Source: Octopus sinensis (Eukaryota). From it: a DNA stretch of 64,000 nucleotides. Both the position numbers and the translations under genes were made by a program. The first letter of the stretch is position 1. Every line of letters begins with the position of its first letter. Below are positions 25,234 to 39,040 of the stretch, one piece after another. Location: positions 1-64,000 of the forward strand of contig NW_021833122.1 in assembly GCF_006345805.1 (NCBI RefSeq). Reading direction: 5' to 3'. Below the pieces are notes generated by a model. It was not told the DNA's origin. It saw only the letters and a list, made by a program, of their open reading frames with translations, and ran no database searches.

Positions 25234-27299
25234 ATGTGATCACGTGTCTTCGTTCATGCTGTTGTGATTATAAAACCTCATTGTAAACAATGTTCCTTGT
25301 TTTTCTTGAGCGTATGTAAAGTTGTTTGTTTTGTCTCCCACTATTGTGCAGCCAACATACAGTTGTTCGGAAAAAAGGACTCGTCGAAGAATATGCCAGT
25401 CACAGACGGCCTGATCCTGGGATTTATTAGTTGACATCGGAAAATTGAAACGAAGACGGATCTGCAGTTTTCTGAATGAAATGGGAAATTTCTTCTCCTG
25501 ATGGGATAAATGGAATTCTTGCAATGAAAACGTCATCACATTTTCTACATCCATAAATTATTGCCTCGATAAACTGTGGCAACATTTTCTTTACTACCAG
25601 TCTTGTCCCATTGAAAGGTCGTGGCGGTTCTAGATTTCGGTGCAGCATACAGGAGTTCCAACTTTAAATGGTAATAAGTGTGGAAGTAGTCCGTCAGTCT
25701 CCAAAGAATTGATAAAGTTTGGTGGATAAATATTGGTGAATAAATTCTGGAATTGGACCAAGTGATTTATAAGTGTGAAGATAATCATCAGCTGTTCGTT
25801 ATGTTTATTAACAGCGACGTTTTTTGGAGACAATATTGCTCTGTGACCAATTGTGGTTTTGGTAATTTTCTGTAAGGTTATGAAATACTTTGTCTTTGAG
25901 GTCATCATCATGCGGCGTCTAGGGGCACCTTGCCATCGCCAAGTGTCAAAATATCCTGTTCAAATGTTGCGGACATTTGGTCAGTATGAAGTTGAGCTCG
26001 CACGTTAGTGGTCAGAGTCAGGATCGTAACAAGATGACACAGAGGCCAGGACTTCACACTCGCTTGGATCTTATCTGTTCTAGTGCCTTTGGAATGACAA
26101 GAAGGATCTGCTTGAAATCAACCGAGAACAGAAGCATTACAACTCCCACTGGAGACTGATATATCTAATGTTTCTAGAGATCCCTTGTGAGCCACGGTGC
26201 ACTCGCACAGACGATGAGGTCACACATTCTAAGGACCGGTTCCTGGTCTGAGCTTTTGCTCATGTTGCATGAAGGCATCTCAGATGCTTCTAAATTGAGA
26301 GGTAGCTTAAATGTCGAGTGTATTGTTCTGCCTCCGGGCAACAAAAATATCTGCAATCCATGAACTGCCGCAATATCTTGGTGCTCCCTGAATCCTGCAA
26401 GGTAGAGCGTTGTAACAAATGTTTTTCTTGTCCCTCGGTGCTCCTGGCAGGTCATATGTGGGTAATTCATTTCCACCCGGAGTATTAATTCTGTCTTCGA
26501 CGTCAATCAGATCTCTCTTGTAGACTTCATCGTTGATGCCCTCTATATCAGCATAGAGCAGTGAAACTTGAGGCTTAATGTCTTCACCGAGGTCATTTCT
26601 CTACTTGAGCAATAACGAGGAAAACTCGCACAGTTTGTATGTCTATAGCAATACAGCATATAGTGCCCTGAGACTTTTAGGTGGTTTCGATTCAGCAGAG
26701 TCTCCTAAAGTTGCATTCTACTGTACACGGTCTTTTAATAGACCTTGTCGCATTCAGGCGTCTCTGTACGTTGCGCAGACATAACCATCAACTGAATGAG
26801 GGCCAGGAAAGTCGTTGGCCCTCTGACCTCTTCTAGTAGTAGACGACGTTAGAGACACTCGTGTTGACTGGGATGTACTGTGTAAATCGCCCAAGGCAAT
26901 TATCAAACTTAATGCCGGGGTAACAATGAACATCTTGATCTGCTTTTTTCGGAGGCATTTTTTCAATTCCAGGTATAATAGGATGGAATCTGTTCATACA
27001 GCAAGGTTTGAACGAATGAGTCATCTTGACAAACCTTAAATAATGCGGTGAGTGTTGTGTCCCTTGGTTCTTCTGCCAACAGAGAAGCATTAACGTCGGT
27101 GATGTACACCCAGTGACCCTTTTCCAGGTGAACTGATGGAAGGTGGGATGTCGCTTGTGAAGTGGAAAGCCAAAGATAACTTCGTTCCTACTTATGTACC
27201 GTCACACCTGATAGTAAGTCCCCTTAACCCAGCAGCGTTCTTGTTGAAGGCCAAATATTGGTGTGTCGCAACCTTTGTTGACATACGTATAAACGTACT
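25234..27299 (-). mobile_element. Helitron Rep-helicase fragment, degraded (left arm)
   Basis: PIF1-like motifs LLPGGRTIHSTFKLPL, GDGKVP, RAILSPKN, NGTRLVVKK, MSTNKSQ, QLYVG; upstream Rep-end motifs YVNKG, FGFPLHKRHP, VDGYVCATYRDA. Confidence 0.88.
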
Positions 27300-27321
27300 T
27301 GATTTTGCTTTGTCTATTTCT

Positions 27322-27636
27322 TAGTATGACTTATTGTTTGTATTTGTCAGCTTCCTTGAATATGTAAACAGTTTTTTGTTTTGTTCGTTTTCTGTGGCTA
27401 TTTCCATTAGATTTCCTTGCTTCTGAAGTAGGTATTTTTGCCGTTCTATGGGGGTTATTTTGTAATAGTTTTCTACCTGTATAAGGCCTCCACCACCTTC
27501 TATACGTTGTATATGTAACCTTTCTATGTCAGATTTTGGGTGGTGCATCCTAGATCCTGCCATTATTTTTCTGGTATTCCTGTCTATTTAGGTTAGTTCA
27601 TTTAGTGCCCAGTTAAGGATATTGCAACTATAACTT
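27322..27636 (-). mobile_element. Old Dong/R4 fragment (left arm); longer diverged mirror at 46329-46794
   Basis: RMHHPKSDIERLHIQRIEGGGGLIQVENYYK. Confidence 0.85.
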
Positions 27637-27727
27637 ATTATTATTATTATTATAATTATTATCATTATCATTATCGTTGTCGTTGTCGATATCATTATTA
27701 TTATTACTATTATCATTATTATTATTA

Positions 27728-27818
<91 letters not shown>

Positions 27819-27853
27819 ATTATTATTATTATATTATTATTATTATTATTATT
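27637..27853. repeat. (ATT)n-rich microsatellite; empty site of the right-arm Dong insertion
   Basis: Both flanks match the flanks of 43430-46328. Confidence 0.92.
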
Positions 27854-28630
27854 CTGTAGATTGAAGCCCCATTAGCAGTAAAAGAGTTCAATCTCCTCGT
27901 CAACTTTTTAAACATTTTCTGCACTGCGCTGCTAGGATTTCCGTTTAGCAACACAATATGCTTTTCAAGGGGTGCATTTCAATATCTTTAAACTTCTTTC
28001 AACTTTCGGTGAAAGCAAATATTTTGAAAGATGGCAATGAAAGAAGTAATATGAAAAGAAAGACAACACTAGCGTACCGCTGATAATAGTAAACGACGCC
28101 ACCGCCAGCTCAGCAAAACCAAGCACTGAGGCGAACATTTTTGACCCTAGCAGAATCAAAACATCTGACTGGTGAACAAGGCATCAAGTGAACAACAACA
28201 ACAGCAACAACAAGACCATAAAAAACTAAATATATCTAAACAATGTAAATGAAAGTGAGTAATTAAAATAGAAAATGTTGTAACTAGCGTGAACACCAGT
28301 GCCGCCTCCGTCGAAGCCACTACCATGGGCTCTACCATAGAGGCTAGAGTGACTACATCCAAAAGAGATAATGGAAAGGGGATTCGTTTTGCGCTCGCTG
28401 CAACAAATCGGAAAGGTTTCCTTCTGGATGATGAGTTACAACGGGCCGGACGATGTGTGGAATAAAAAAGAAAAACATGCAAGGAGTGTAGCCCTCAAAC
28501 AACCAACCAAGTTGATGGGAGTAAAATAGCGCCGGGTTTAGAAATGCTACTGAGATTCAGATTCCAAACTTCCTAGGGAGCATGTGGGTGGCTAAAACAC
28601 ACATGAACTCGAGGCTAGATAGGAAGATAA

Positions 28631-28676
<46 letters not shown>

Positions 28677-28697
28677 GGTTGGATGGGTGGATGGACG

Positions 28698-28747
<50 letters not shown>

Positions 28748-29899
28748 AGAGAGGGATAACTTTCTTTATCGGCCACGCAGGGCTGAATACAAAGGGGACA
28801 AGTACATATGTAGAGCTTTTCTTTTCGAAGAGGGAAAATGAAAAAAGGAACAAAAAAGGAAACAAATGTAAAATTTCGATCAAAAGGGATCGGTGAAAGC
28901 GATCAAAAGGGATCGTGTATCACAGAAGCACATTTTTTTTAACAGTAAGAAACAATATTAGGTTCAGAATAAAAGTAAAGTTAGTTCTACTGACTGGTGA
29001 AACCAGCTTATCTGTTTGCACTGGTTTCGATAAAGATGATATGGTCATAAAATAATATCGTGAAATATTTTCCACAGACGTAAAGATAGGTGAACAACAT
29101 TAACTTACCTTAGAAGTTGCCGTCAAAATATTTCTCTTTTCTTAAATGCGTTCTTAAACTAAGAGGTATTATGAAGTTGCTTTCTTCTCTCTTCTCAGAG
29201 TGCTTTGCAATTTAGATGATAAGTAAATGATGAACTTTACTATTTGCTTCAGTACAATTTTAATAAATCTCTACTTCTACCCATTGATCATCACAATCAA
29301 ACCAATCTACTGTATTGATACGGTTGGTGAACGAAAGAGGTATATTTTAAAATCACAATATATTGACAGTTTAATGTATAACAGCTTTCTGTTGCTTTGG
29401 ATATATAACACTGGATATATTCGCATTTTAATTATGGTTCAAACCACTTTACAGTATTTATTTTAATACTGAACTATGCGTATGTCTCTCGCCAACGTCA
29501 CATTTTGAATGCCAGATTTGTCTTCGATCGGTTAAGTTGTTAATAATATATTTATTTTAATTCGATACATATTGATCTAACTACAAAATTTAAACATGTT
29601 AGAAAATGAAATAATCATGAAAACGCATTAACAATTATCCAACAGGTTGTAACGAATTGGTCAAATGCATATACAGTGTGTAAATAAATGTTTGGCAATA
29701 TATTGTTTCCAAGAACTGAAAACATTCAGAAGCTTCCTTCTGATGACCAGGTACCATTTACTTTCCTATGAAGGCTGCCTGCTTATCAGAAAGAAGTGAA
29801 CATCCTGTCTGATGGCGAATCGTATCATACACAGAAAGGAGCACAGAAATAAGCAGGGAGAGAAAATAGAAAAAGGTTAAGTGGCTAGCGATCTATCAT

Positions 29900-29917
29900 G
29901 AAAATATATATACATAT

Positions 29918-29984
<67 letters not shown>

Positions 29985-30061
29985 CATATATATATCTTAT
30001 ATATCTTATATATATATATACATATATATAAATCTTATATATCTTATATATATATATATCT

Positions 30062-30093
<32 letters not shown>

Positions 30094-30194
30094 TATATCT
30101 TATATATATATATATATCTTACATATATATATATATCTTACATATATATATATATATATAATATATATATATATCTATATATCTTATATATATA

Positions 30195-30287
<93 letters not shown>

Positions 30288-30298
30288 TATATATATAT

Positions 30299-30394
<96 letters not shown>

Positions 30395-30405
30395 ATATAA
30401 ATGTG

Positions 30406-30448
<43 letters not shown>
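29900..30448. repeat. Long (TA)n/TATATCT/(TG)n tract; mirror ~41345-41430 is much shorter
   Basis: Direct reading. Confidence 0.92.
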
Positions 30449-30451
<3 letters not shown>

Positions 30452-30789
30452 GTAGTACCAGAAAAGGAGGAATTTCGATTATCCCCACGTGGTGAGTTGT
30501 AATATATATAAGAGATTAAAAAAGGAAAATACACACACTTTATGTAGTTTTAATATCATTTTCAATATATCGACCAGTTTCTCTTTTGCTATTCATGATT
30601 TTATGGTTTACTTATTTGAATATGTATTTTCTTAAGAAAAAAGTTTTGTCCATTTGTGTGTGATGATATTTACGAGTGAATGACTTCACAAGTAGAAAAA
30701 TAAGAGGAGGTAATTGGTTATCGTTATTATTGGGAGATAGCTGTTCAGCTTTCCGTAAGGGGAGGGGAATATATATGTACCACAAAAAT

Positions 30790-32375
30790 TGGGTTTCGAA
30801 AATCTTGTATAGTGAGGGGATTTATGTACAGTGATGTAATCGTGAATCAAAAGTGAATAAAAGTTGGTTATGCGTGCATATTAAGACAGTGTTCGGTATT
30901 TTCAATGAAAACAGTTTCTTTTTGTAAACGTTCTCATGGAGAGATTGTGTCTTTGCACTGGTAGAAGGGGGAGGCTGTGAAATTTGTTTGATGTTATCTG
31001 CACATTTTTCTATATGTTCAGTGAGAGGAATTTGCCTGTATTGCCTGAAACAGATTTGCTCTTTATGTAGAGTGGTTCATATTCTCATGGTCATGCTCAT
31101 CTGTTCAATATAGTTGTGTCTGCAAAAAAAAAAAACAATTAATGAAGACCCATTAATGAAGAGGCAATAATGGTTACACACGATGTTATCAATCTTTTCA
31201 CCATCCCACATGACTATGGAATAAAAGCAATTAAATTCAGGTTGGAAAAGTGCCCCGAAGTACTTCCTGAACGCATAAATCAGATCTTTACAATTTATAA
31301 TTCAGAACAATTAGTTCCTATTTGATGACTTAGACTATCGTCAAAGTTGCGGAATTGTGATGGGAGCGAAAGCATCCCTGTTCTTGCAAACCCTATAATG
31401 GGTTATTTTGAATTTACTTTATGTGAAGTATCACTTCAGAAATATGGTTACCCATTTTACTTTTACGTAAGAGAAAGTTCGAAAAGATACGTGGAAGACT
31501 GTTTTATCATTTGGAAGGAGAACATCGACAAACTTTTGAATTTCAAATCAACACTAAATGATATAAATAGTAACATTCAATTCACAATGGAATATAACAA
31601 AGAATAGCCCCCATTTTTAGATACCATGATAATAAAAGTCAACAATCAAATCATAACTGACATTTATTATAAACCAACTGACTCAAAACAATATCTCCGC
31701 TTTAGCTCTTGCCACCCCGAAACACATCAAAATAAATATCCCTTTAAATTTGGCAAAAAAGATTTGCACAATAGTGTCTGAAAGAACAACTCGGGATCTT
31801 CGTCTTCAAGGTCTCAAACAACGCTTACTGAAAGACAATATCCACCCTCACTTATAGACGAGGGAATTAAACGTGCCAAAACCTAGACATAAAAACACTA
31901 AGAACAAAAAAATATCACATTACACCTCATCCCAAAACCATTACTATTTATATCAACATACAACCTCATTGTGAGGCGTTCAACACTATTCTGCAAAATC
32001 TTCCTTCACTAATAGAGATCCTAAATTCAACGACATCCTGAAAGCGCACAAATTCATCAAATGCAAAAAGCAACACAAATCGCATCGCTAAAGAGACTAA
32101 TAACAAATGAGAAGCTTTACAAAACAACCACGAAACCAACGGTTAAAAGGTGTGGACGCCCAAACTGTAGAACCTGCTCCAACGTACTTGAAGGTTCGGA
32201 TTTCATTTTCAAACAAGGACAGAGATTCACAATTAAAACTAGTTTCACTTGTACCTCTGAGAACTTAATTTATGTAATAACCTGCTCAGGTTGCGGACAC
32301 AACTATATTGGACGGACAGCCGAGTATGACCTTGAAAAGATGAACGACTCTACATAAAGAGCACTTATGTTATAT
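30790..32375 (+). mobile_element. Penelope-like element (RT plus GIY-YIG), with inverted 3' tail at 30790-31110 (left arm)
   Basis: RYVEDCFIIW..NIQFTMEY, KPTDSKQYL, CGRPNCRTC, TCTSENLIYVITCSGCGHNYIGRT. Confidence 0.9.
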
Positions 32376-32379
32376 AATT

Positions 32380-32451
<72 letters not shown>

Positions 32452-32859
32452 TTACATATGTATATATATGTAATTTATAGATGTCAATATTTATCTGTGG
32501 GTATCAGATGGACACCTATAATGTATATAAGTGTGCGTCTAAGCACATAATAATGCATGGAGCGGTATGTATATGTATACTATTTAAGTATCCATGATTC
32601 TACAGGAGTATATATAAATATGTATATCAGTATGTTTGCATGTATCTATGTGTGTCTATGTATGTATTATGTATGTCTGGATGTATGTATATATCTACTT
32701 GCCCTTTTAGTATGTATTCGGACACATATAAAAGTATGTTGATTATTATGTGTGTAGTATATATGCACATACAGGGAAGGGTGTATGCGTATGAATGTAT
32801 AACTGGTTTATATGTGAATATATGTATATATATATATATATATAATATATATATATATA

Positions 32860-33076
32860 CTCTTTTACTCTTTTACTTGTTTCAGTCATTTGACTGTGGC
32901 CATGCTGAAGCACCACCTTCAGTCGAGCAATTCGACCCTAGGACTTATTCTTTGTAAGCCTAGTACTTATTCTATCGGTCTCTTTTGCCGAACCGCTAAG
33001 TTACGGGGACGTAAAACACCAGCATCGGTTGTCAAGCGATGTTGGAGGACAAACACAGACACACAAGCACATACAC

Positions 33077-33120
<44 letters not shown>

Positions 33121-33280
33121 GACGGGCTTCTTTCAGTTTTCATCTACCAAATCCACTCACAAGACTTTGGTCGGCCCGAGGCTATAGTAGAAGACACTTG
33201 CCCAAGGTGTCACGTAGTGGAACTGAACCCTGAACCATGTGGTCGGTAAACAAGCTACTTACCACACAGCCACTCCTACG

Positions 33281-33282
<2 letters not shown>
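32860..33282 (-). mobile_element. SINE family 1, left arm only
   Basis: Full head-to-tail homology with 13151-13558. Confidence 0.85.
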
Positions 33283-33329
<47 letters not shown>

Positions 33330-33347
33330 ATATATATATAATATATA

Positions 33348-33770
33348 TAATCCACCTGGATTACTGCTCACAGCTATGGTCACCCACCAGTGTGAAATTA
33401 ACAGCGGACCTTGAAGCAATCCAGAGAAGATTCACAAAGAAGATCGTCTCTTTGCAACAGCTCAGCTACTGGGAAAGATTGAAACAGCTAAGACTCTACT
33501 CCCTGGGGAGAAGACGGGAGAGGTAGAACGGGACGACACTGCATATTGCCAAAGTTCCCAGCGATGCCATTACGCTTCACGACCAGCTTCTGCAAGAGCC
33601 TGGGTTTCAAGGGCCCACAGCTTTTTAATTTAAGGACTTGCACAAAGTAGATGTAGCGTTTTTTAAATCAAAGCTGGACATCTTCCTGTCAAGAGTCTCA
33701 GATGAACCTACCTCACGACAAGAGGTGCAAATCAGAGTAGCTATATCAAACTCCATTCTTCACCAAGTGC
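33348..33770 (+). mobile_element. CR1-clade LINE 3' fragment, left arm only
   Basis: HLDYCSQLWSP..LEAIQRRFTKKI..LSYWERLKQLRLYSLGRRRER. Confidence 0.85.
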
Positions 33771-33949
33771 CACATATTTGAGGAGGTTCTTCGTAATAAC
33801 AGTGTAGCACAAAACGGCAGTGCATCAGCATGGCCGCAGCTCTGAGCTGAAACAAGAAAGAAAGTATATATATATACATATATATATAACATATATGTAT
33901 GTATGTACGTATGTATGTATCTATCTATGTATGTATCTATGTATGTATG

Positions 33950-34200
33950 TATGACAGCTGCATCCTCGTTACACGAGGAAAGCCGTTGCCAAGAAGAATT
34001 GCTGAATGATTCATGATTGTTGCCATGCAATACCCTTATAGGATTTTGAAGCCCGGCCACTCCTTTATTACATAATAGAGAATTGTGCTGGCTGGCAGGA
34101 ATAACAGGTGCCACCATATGCACTCTCTAACATGTCTTTTAGATCTCCAACTGAGAGGCATACCCTTCCGCGTTTTACAGACTTTCTGTTAGGAATTTTA
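33950..34200 (-). pseudogene. Degenerate two-finger C2H2-like unit (single unit, left arm)
   Basis: Frameshifted CGRVCLSVGDL..H and LLCNK..GLQNPIRVLH. Confidence 0.5.
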
Positions 34201-34339
34201 ATTGTAGTCAACGCCCATTCAACTACGTGTGTTTCTATGTGTTTATAGCATATATTGCATTTTAAGCTTTCTGTGTGTATGGTAAATGCTGCATTTCAGC
34301 ATATGTATGTACATACTCTATACTGTGTTTGTAAATTGT

Positions 34340-34436
34340 ATATATATATATATATGTATATATATGTATATATATATATATATATATCTATATATATGTA
34401 TATATATATATATTATATATATATATTATATATATA

Positions 34437-34511
<75 letters not shown>

Positions 34512-34665
34512 GTATATATATATGCATATATATATATATATGCATATATATATATATGCATATATATATATATAATATGCATATATATATATATATATAT
34601 GCATATATATATATATATATATATATGCATATATAATATGCATATATATATATATAATATATATA
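34340..34665. repeat. (TA)n / TATATGCA low-complexity tract at left edge of spacer
   Basis: Direct reading. Confidence 0.9.
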
Positions 34666-35229
34666 TAACTGGAACCACGTAGTTTCTGGAATCAAAGAGA
34701 AATCAGGCATGCACAGACTAGATTAATGAATGGTAGATAAATGAATAATTAATTAACAGCGATCTCAGTCTTGTTTAATAAATTTTGAACACATGGAATG
34801 AGGAGTTTTTTTAGGTATTAAGAAAGCAATAACGGGTTTGTTATATATGCAACGCATAGACACACATACAAATGAATATAGACATATAGATAACTATATG
34901 CAAAAACATGCAAAATACATGTACATAAACACACACACAACATATAAATACATATACATATATATATACGTTTACATATTTGTTTTGCAAGATTTTTTAT
35001 GTGAAATCGTTTATTGAAACAGATATTGTTGTATTTCGGAATGGTCATTTTGCCAGTTTAGCCAATAAAAACACACGCACTATATATTTAGTGTTACTTT
35101 GCTTCAGCGTTATTTATTTTTTACATTAATCTTAATCTTATTTCGGCCAGAATTATTTCGTCACACTCCTGTGACCGCATCAGTAGTCCTTTGCTTTCTT
35201 CTTTCTTATTTGTGTGTCTCTGGAGAGGC

Positions 35230-36340
35230 TTATATTCAATCCCTACAAAAACAATATCGAAACCCTGATAACAGTAGCCCAAACGATAGCTTAAATCTAA
35301 CCAAGCACAGACACACTAGAATCAACCATGAATTAAAGAAAACTTATAAAAGACAAATTGAATAACTACCGCCACAAAATTTAATTTTCGCTCCAAGCAC
35401 CCAAAACAAACAGACCTAACCGAAAATATAAAACCATGACGTCATTTGGTATAACCCAATCTGGAACATCTCATCCAATATCGCGAAACAATTTCTGACC
35501 ACTCTGATCGCTGCTTCCCTAAAAATGGAGTGTACAGCAAAATATTTAACCGTCATCCTATAAAACTATCCTATGCAAATTCATCAAACTTAAAGCACCA
35601 TGTCCATAGGATTAACAGCGGTAAACTGAGACGGAGGGTAGTTAGCACTCAAAATAACCTTCTTGACATTAACCATAACTCATACGACTAACGTAAAAAC
35701 AACGTTTATACTACCAATCAACAGAACAATACTTAATTTTCCAAGATAACCATCTTAAAAACAATACAAGCAACAAATCAAATAAGTAACTGAGAACACC
35801 TAATGATAATAAAATGATTATAGTAACACCAAAATACCGAACAGCACCAATCACTCCCGCGCTCGATGTGCACAAACCACCAAAATCAAGCCGTTATTCT
35901 CATGCAGAGATAAATTCAATTGCCCTTTGGATAACCAATATATGACTAAGAACGGCGTATATAAGTGCACTATAAACATTCGAAGAGGCCCCTACATATA
36001 TATGGGGTAGCAGCTGAGTTTTTCAAAAGTCGATACCGCAAATACATGGCCAGATTTCGAAATATCCTCAAACGACATGTAACTGGCCGATTTTATCATA
36101 ACTGGCCGATTTTAACATAACTGGCCGATTTTATCTGGCAATTTAAGGAAGCAAAGACAACCATACATGATCCATAGTTAGACATGCGAGTCCCTACAAC
36201 ATTATATCCCGCAAATGCCAATTATGCTCCGAGGTGTCACTCTCGATAATGTTGACAAAGGCGCGTATTATAAATAAAGTCACTCAACATTTACCCGGAT
36301 GCCTACACGTAGCTAAACACACATTTATACACTACAATCA
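35230..36340 (+). mobile_element. Degraded Penelope-like element of a second family, in the spacer
   Basis: Pieces DVIWYNPIW, YSKIFNRHPIKLSY, CRDKFNCPLDNQ..KNGVYKCTI and a FKSRYRK-like motif resemble the PLE RT-thumb/GIY-YIG linker. Confidence 0.65.
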
Positions 36341-36521
36341 AGATAATACATAACTTGATATATACATGGTAGCACATTATTTTATGCACATGAACTAGAG
36401 GAACCATATTTGAATACCCTGTATTTGACATATGATCATGCCATCTAGATCTATCCATGTACATATATGTATAAGTGTATATGTATGCATGAAAAACAAA
36501 AATATATATAATGTATATGTA

Positions 36522-36563
<42 letters not shown>

Positions 36564-36831
36564 TTATTTTCTTTGCTCGACTGCAGCCAGTGTCTTATTT
36601 CTATTTTTCGGAGTTTTTAAAGTGCTATTAGCGTCTTTTCGCTTCTACTTTCTATAGCGTGGACGGATTATAGCCAATCCCTTGTTTAACATTTGTAAAG
36701 TTTACCCATCAAAATTATATTTCCGTGGTAAAATCATTAATCATTTTTACATTTTAGTATTATAATATATATATATAGGCATACATTCAAATAAATACGC
36801 AAATGTTTATGCATATATATATATATGTGTA

Positions 36832-36870
<39 letters not shown>

Positions 36871-36894
36871 TACATATATATATACATATATCGC

Positions 36895-37200
36895 CGTCAT
36901 CACCGTGACCGACCAGGCTATCAGATGTTACTACACATCGCTTGTCACATTGCGCTTCACATTGTTTTAGCCTTCAAATTACGCCACCCCACTGGCTAAG
37001 CGAGTAGGCCAACAGATGCAAGAGTTAGAGAAAGTTGTGGCGAAAGACTACAGCAGGGTTCACCCACTCCTTGCCGGAGCCTCGTAGAGCTTTATGCGTT
37101 TTCGCTCAATAAACGCTCACAAGGCCCGGTCTGGGAATCGAAACCTCGATCTTACAACCGCGAGTCCGCTGCCCTAACCACTGGGCCATTGCACCTCCAC
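36895..37200 (-). mobile_element. tRNA-derived SINE, family 3
   Basis: Minus strand GGAGGTGCAATGGCCCAGTGGTTAGGG A-box, GGTTTCGATTCCC B-box, then a non-tRNA body. Confidence 0.8.
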
Positions 37201-37944
37201 ACACACTCACACACACGCACACATATATATATGCACACACATAGATACATACAACTGCTTAATATGAAATACAAACACGGACCCATAAACACACTACACT
37301 GAACTCTAAGACCAGTCCAAAACCAACGAACCATGACAGACTAGCTCGGAAATAATGAACTATTTTTCCACAAATTATTCGAAATCAGATCATGCCATGC
37401 TTTCCCCCTCCCAACGAACCTTCCACACTATTTCTTAAAATGGTAACTATCCTTGCCAAACACGCATACATGACAGGAGAGGAAGAAAAATGTTTGATTA
37501 GTTCCCTAAAATTCTGTATAAATATTTCAATATGATTTCTGATGTATTTTTCACTAGGTAATACACGCTTTCGCATATCAAATACTATCTACATATGCTT
37601 TCTGCACATATAATTATAAACAATCATAATTTTTCATTAACTTAGTAATAATTATGAATTTATTTCACTGCCTATTTTGGACACTTTTATGCGGACTGTT
37701 TAACCACAAAGCCCTGCCTGACACTTTCTTGTCATAGTCAAAGACTATCACTGTGTTTTAATACATCAATATTAACTATTTTTAACACTGCAAAGGCTAC
37801 ACAAAGCCTTACACTTCACTTTTGAAAGTCTTTTTTAAAAACATTTGAAACCAGTCAAGATAATAAACATATTTAAAAGACCTCTGCATTTTAAATACTC
37901 CTCCCTATATATTATCACTCCTGCGGTACCTTCAAACCTTACTT

Positions 37945-37970
37945 TGTTATGTATATATATACATATATAT

Positions 37971-38024
<54 letters not shown>

Positions 38025-38150
38025 ATATATATACATACATACATATATACATATATATATATATACATACATACATATATATATACACATTATATACACA
38101 CACACACATATATACACATTTATATACACACACACACACATATATATATA
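37945..38150. repeat. (TA)n/(CA)n compound microsatellite in spacer
   Basis: Direct reading. Confidence 0.9.
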
Positions 38151-38346
38151 TAAATTAGAAAAAAACACTATGTAATTCAAACAATGATAGACATGAACAA
38201 ATCATAAAGAAAAAATAAAATATAGAACTAGATCACAAAAAGTAAAATGAATAAACAATAACAATATATACAATATATAAAATATATGCAATATATAATA
38301 ACTAAAAATATTTTTTATTATTATTATTATTACTATTGTTATCATC

Positions 38347-38377
<31 letters not shown>

Positions 38378-38499
38378 CATATTGTATATACACAATATAC
38401 AATATGTACATACACATACTGAAATACAGTACTTAAAATGCAATATATGCAATAAACACACACAAACATACGTAGTTGAATGGCCGTTGACTACTATTA

Positions 38500-39040
38500 G
38501 AATTCCTAACAGAAATTGTGTAAAATGCGGAAGGGTATGCCTCTCATTTGGAGGTCTAAAAAGCATGTTAAGAGAGTGCATATTGTGCCACCTGTTTTTC
38601 CTGTCAGCCAGGACAACAGTTGTCTAGTAAGTAATAAAATGTGTAAAAGCTTGGCCGGGCTTAAAAGTTATGTAAGGGCATCACATAACAACACTCATGA
38701 ATCATTCAATGACCTTTCTTGGCAATGACTTTTCTCGTGTAAGGAGGATGAAGCTGTGTGATATATATATATATATATTAAAATTCATAACAGAACATGT
38801 GTAGAATGTGATGTGGAAGGGTGTGCTTTTCAGTTAGAGGTCTACTAATACATGTTAAGACAGTGCATAGGGTGGCACCTAATTTTCCTGCACACCAGCA
38901 CGATTATCTATTATGTAATAAAATGTGTAAAAGCTTCGCCGGGCTTCAAAATCATATAAGGGTATTGCATGATAACAAACATGAATTATTTCAGAAATTC
39001 TTCTTGGCAATGGTTTTTCTCGTGTAACGAGGATGCAGGT
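38500..39040 (+). pseudogene. Two tandem degenerate two-finger C2H2-like units (~38500-38745 and ~38785-39040)
   Basis: CVKCGRVCLSFGGL/KKHVKRVH, NKMCKSLAGLKSYVRASH, RVCFSVRGLLIHVKTVH, LLCNKMCKSFAGLQNHIRVLH; frameshifts. Origin unclear (host ZNF versus LINE-terminal fingers). Confidence 0.55.

Noticed and set aside
38286-39040. Functional C2H2 zinc-finger gene
   Set aside because: Fingers are split by frameshifts, several Cys/His are lost, and there are no TGEKP linkers or convincing splice sites.
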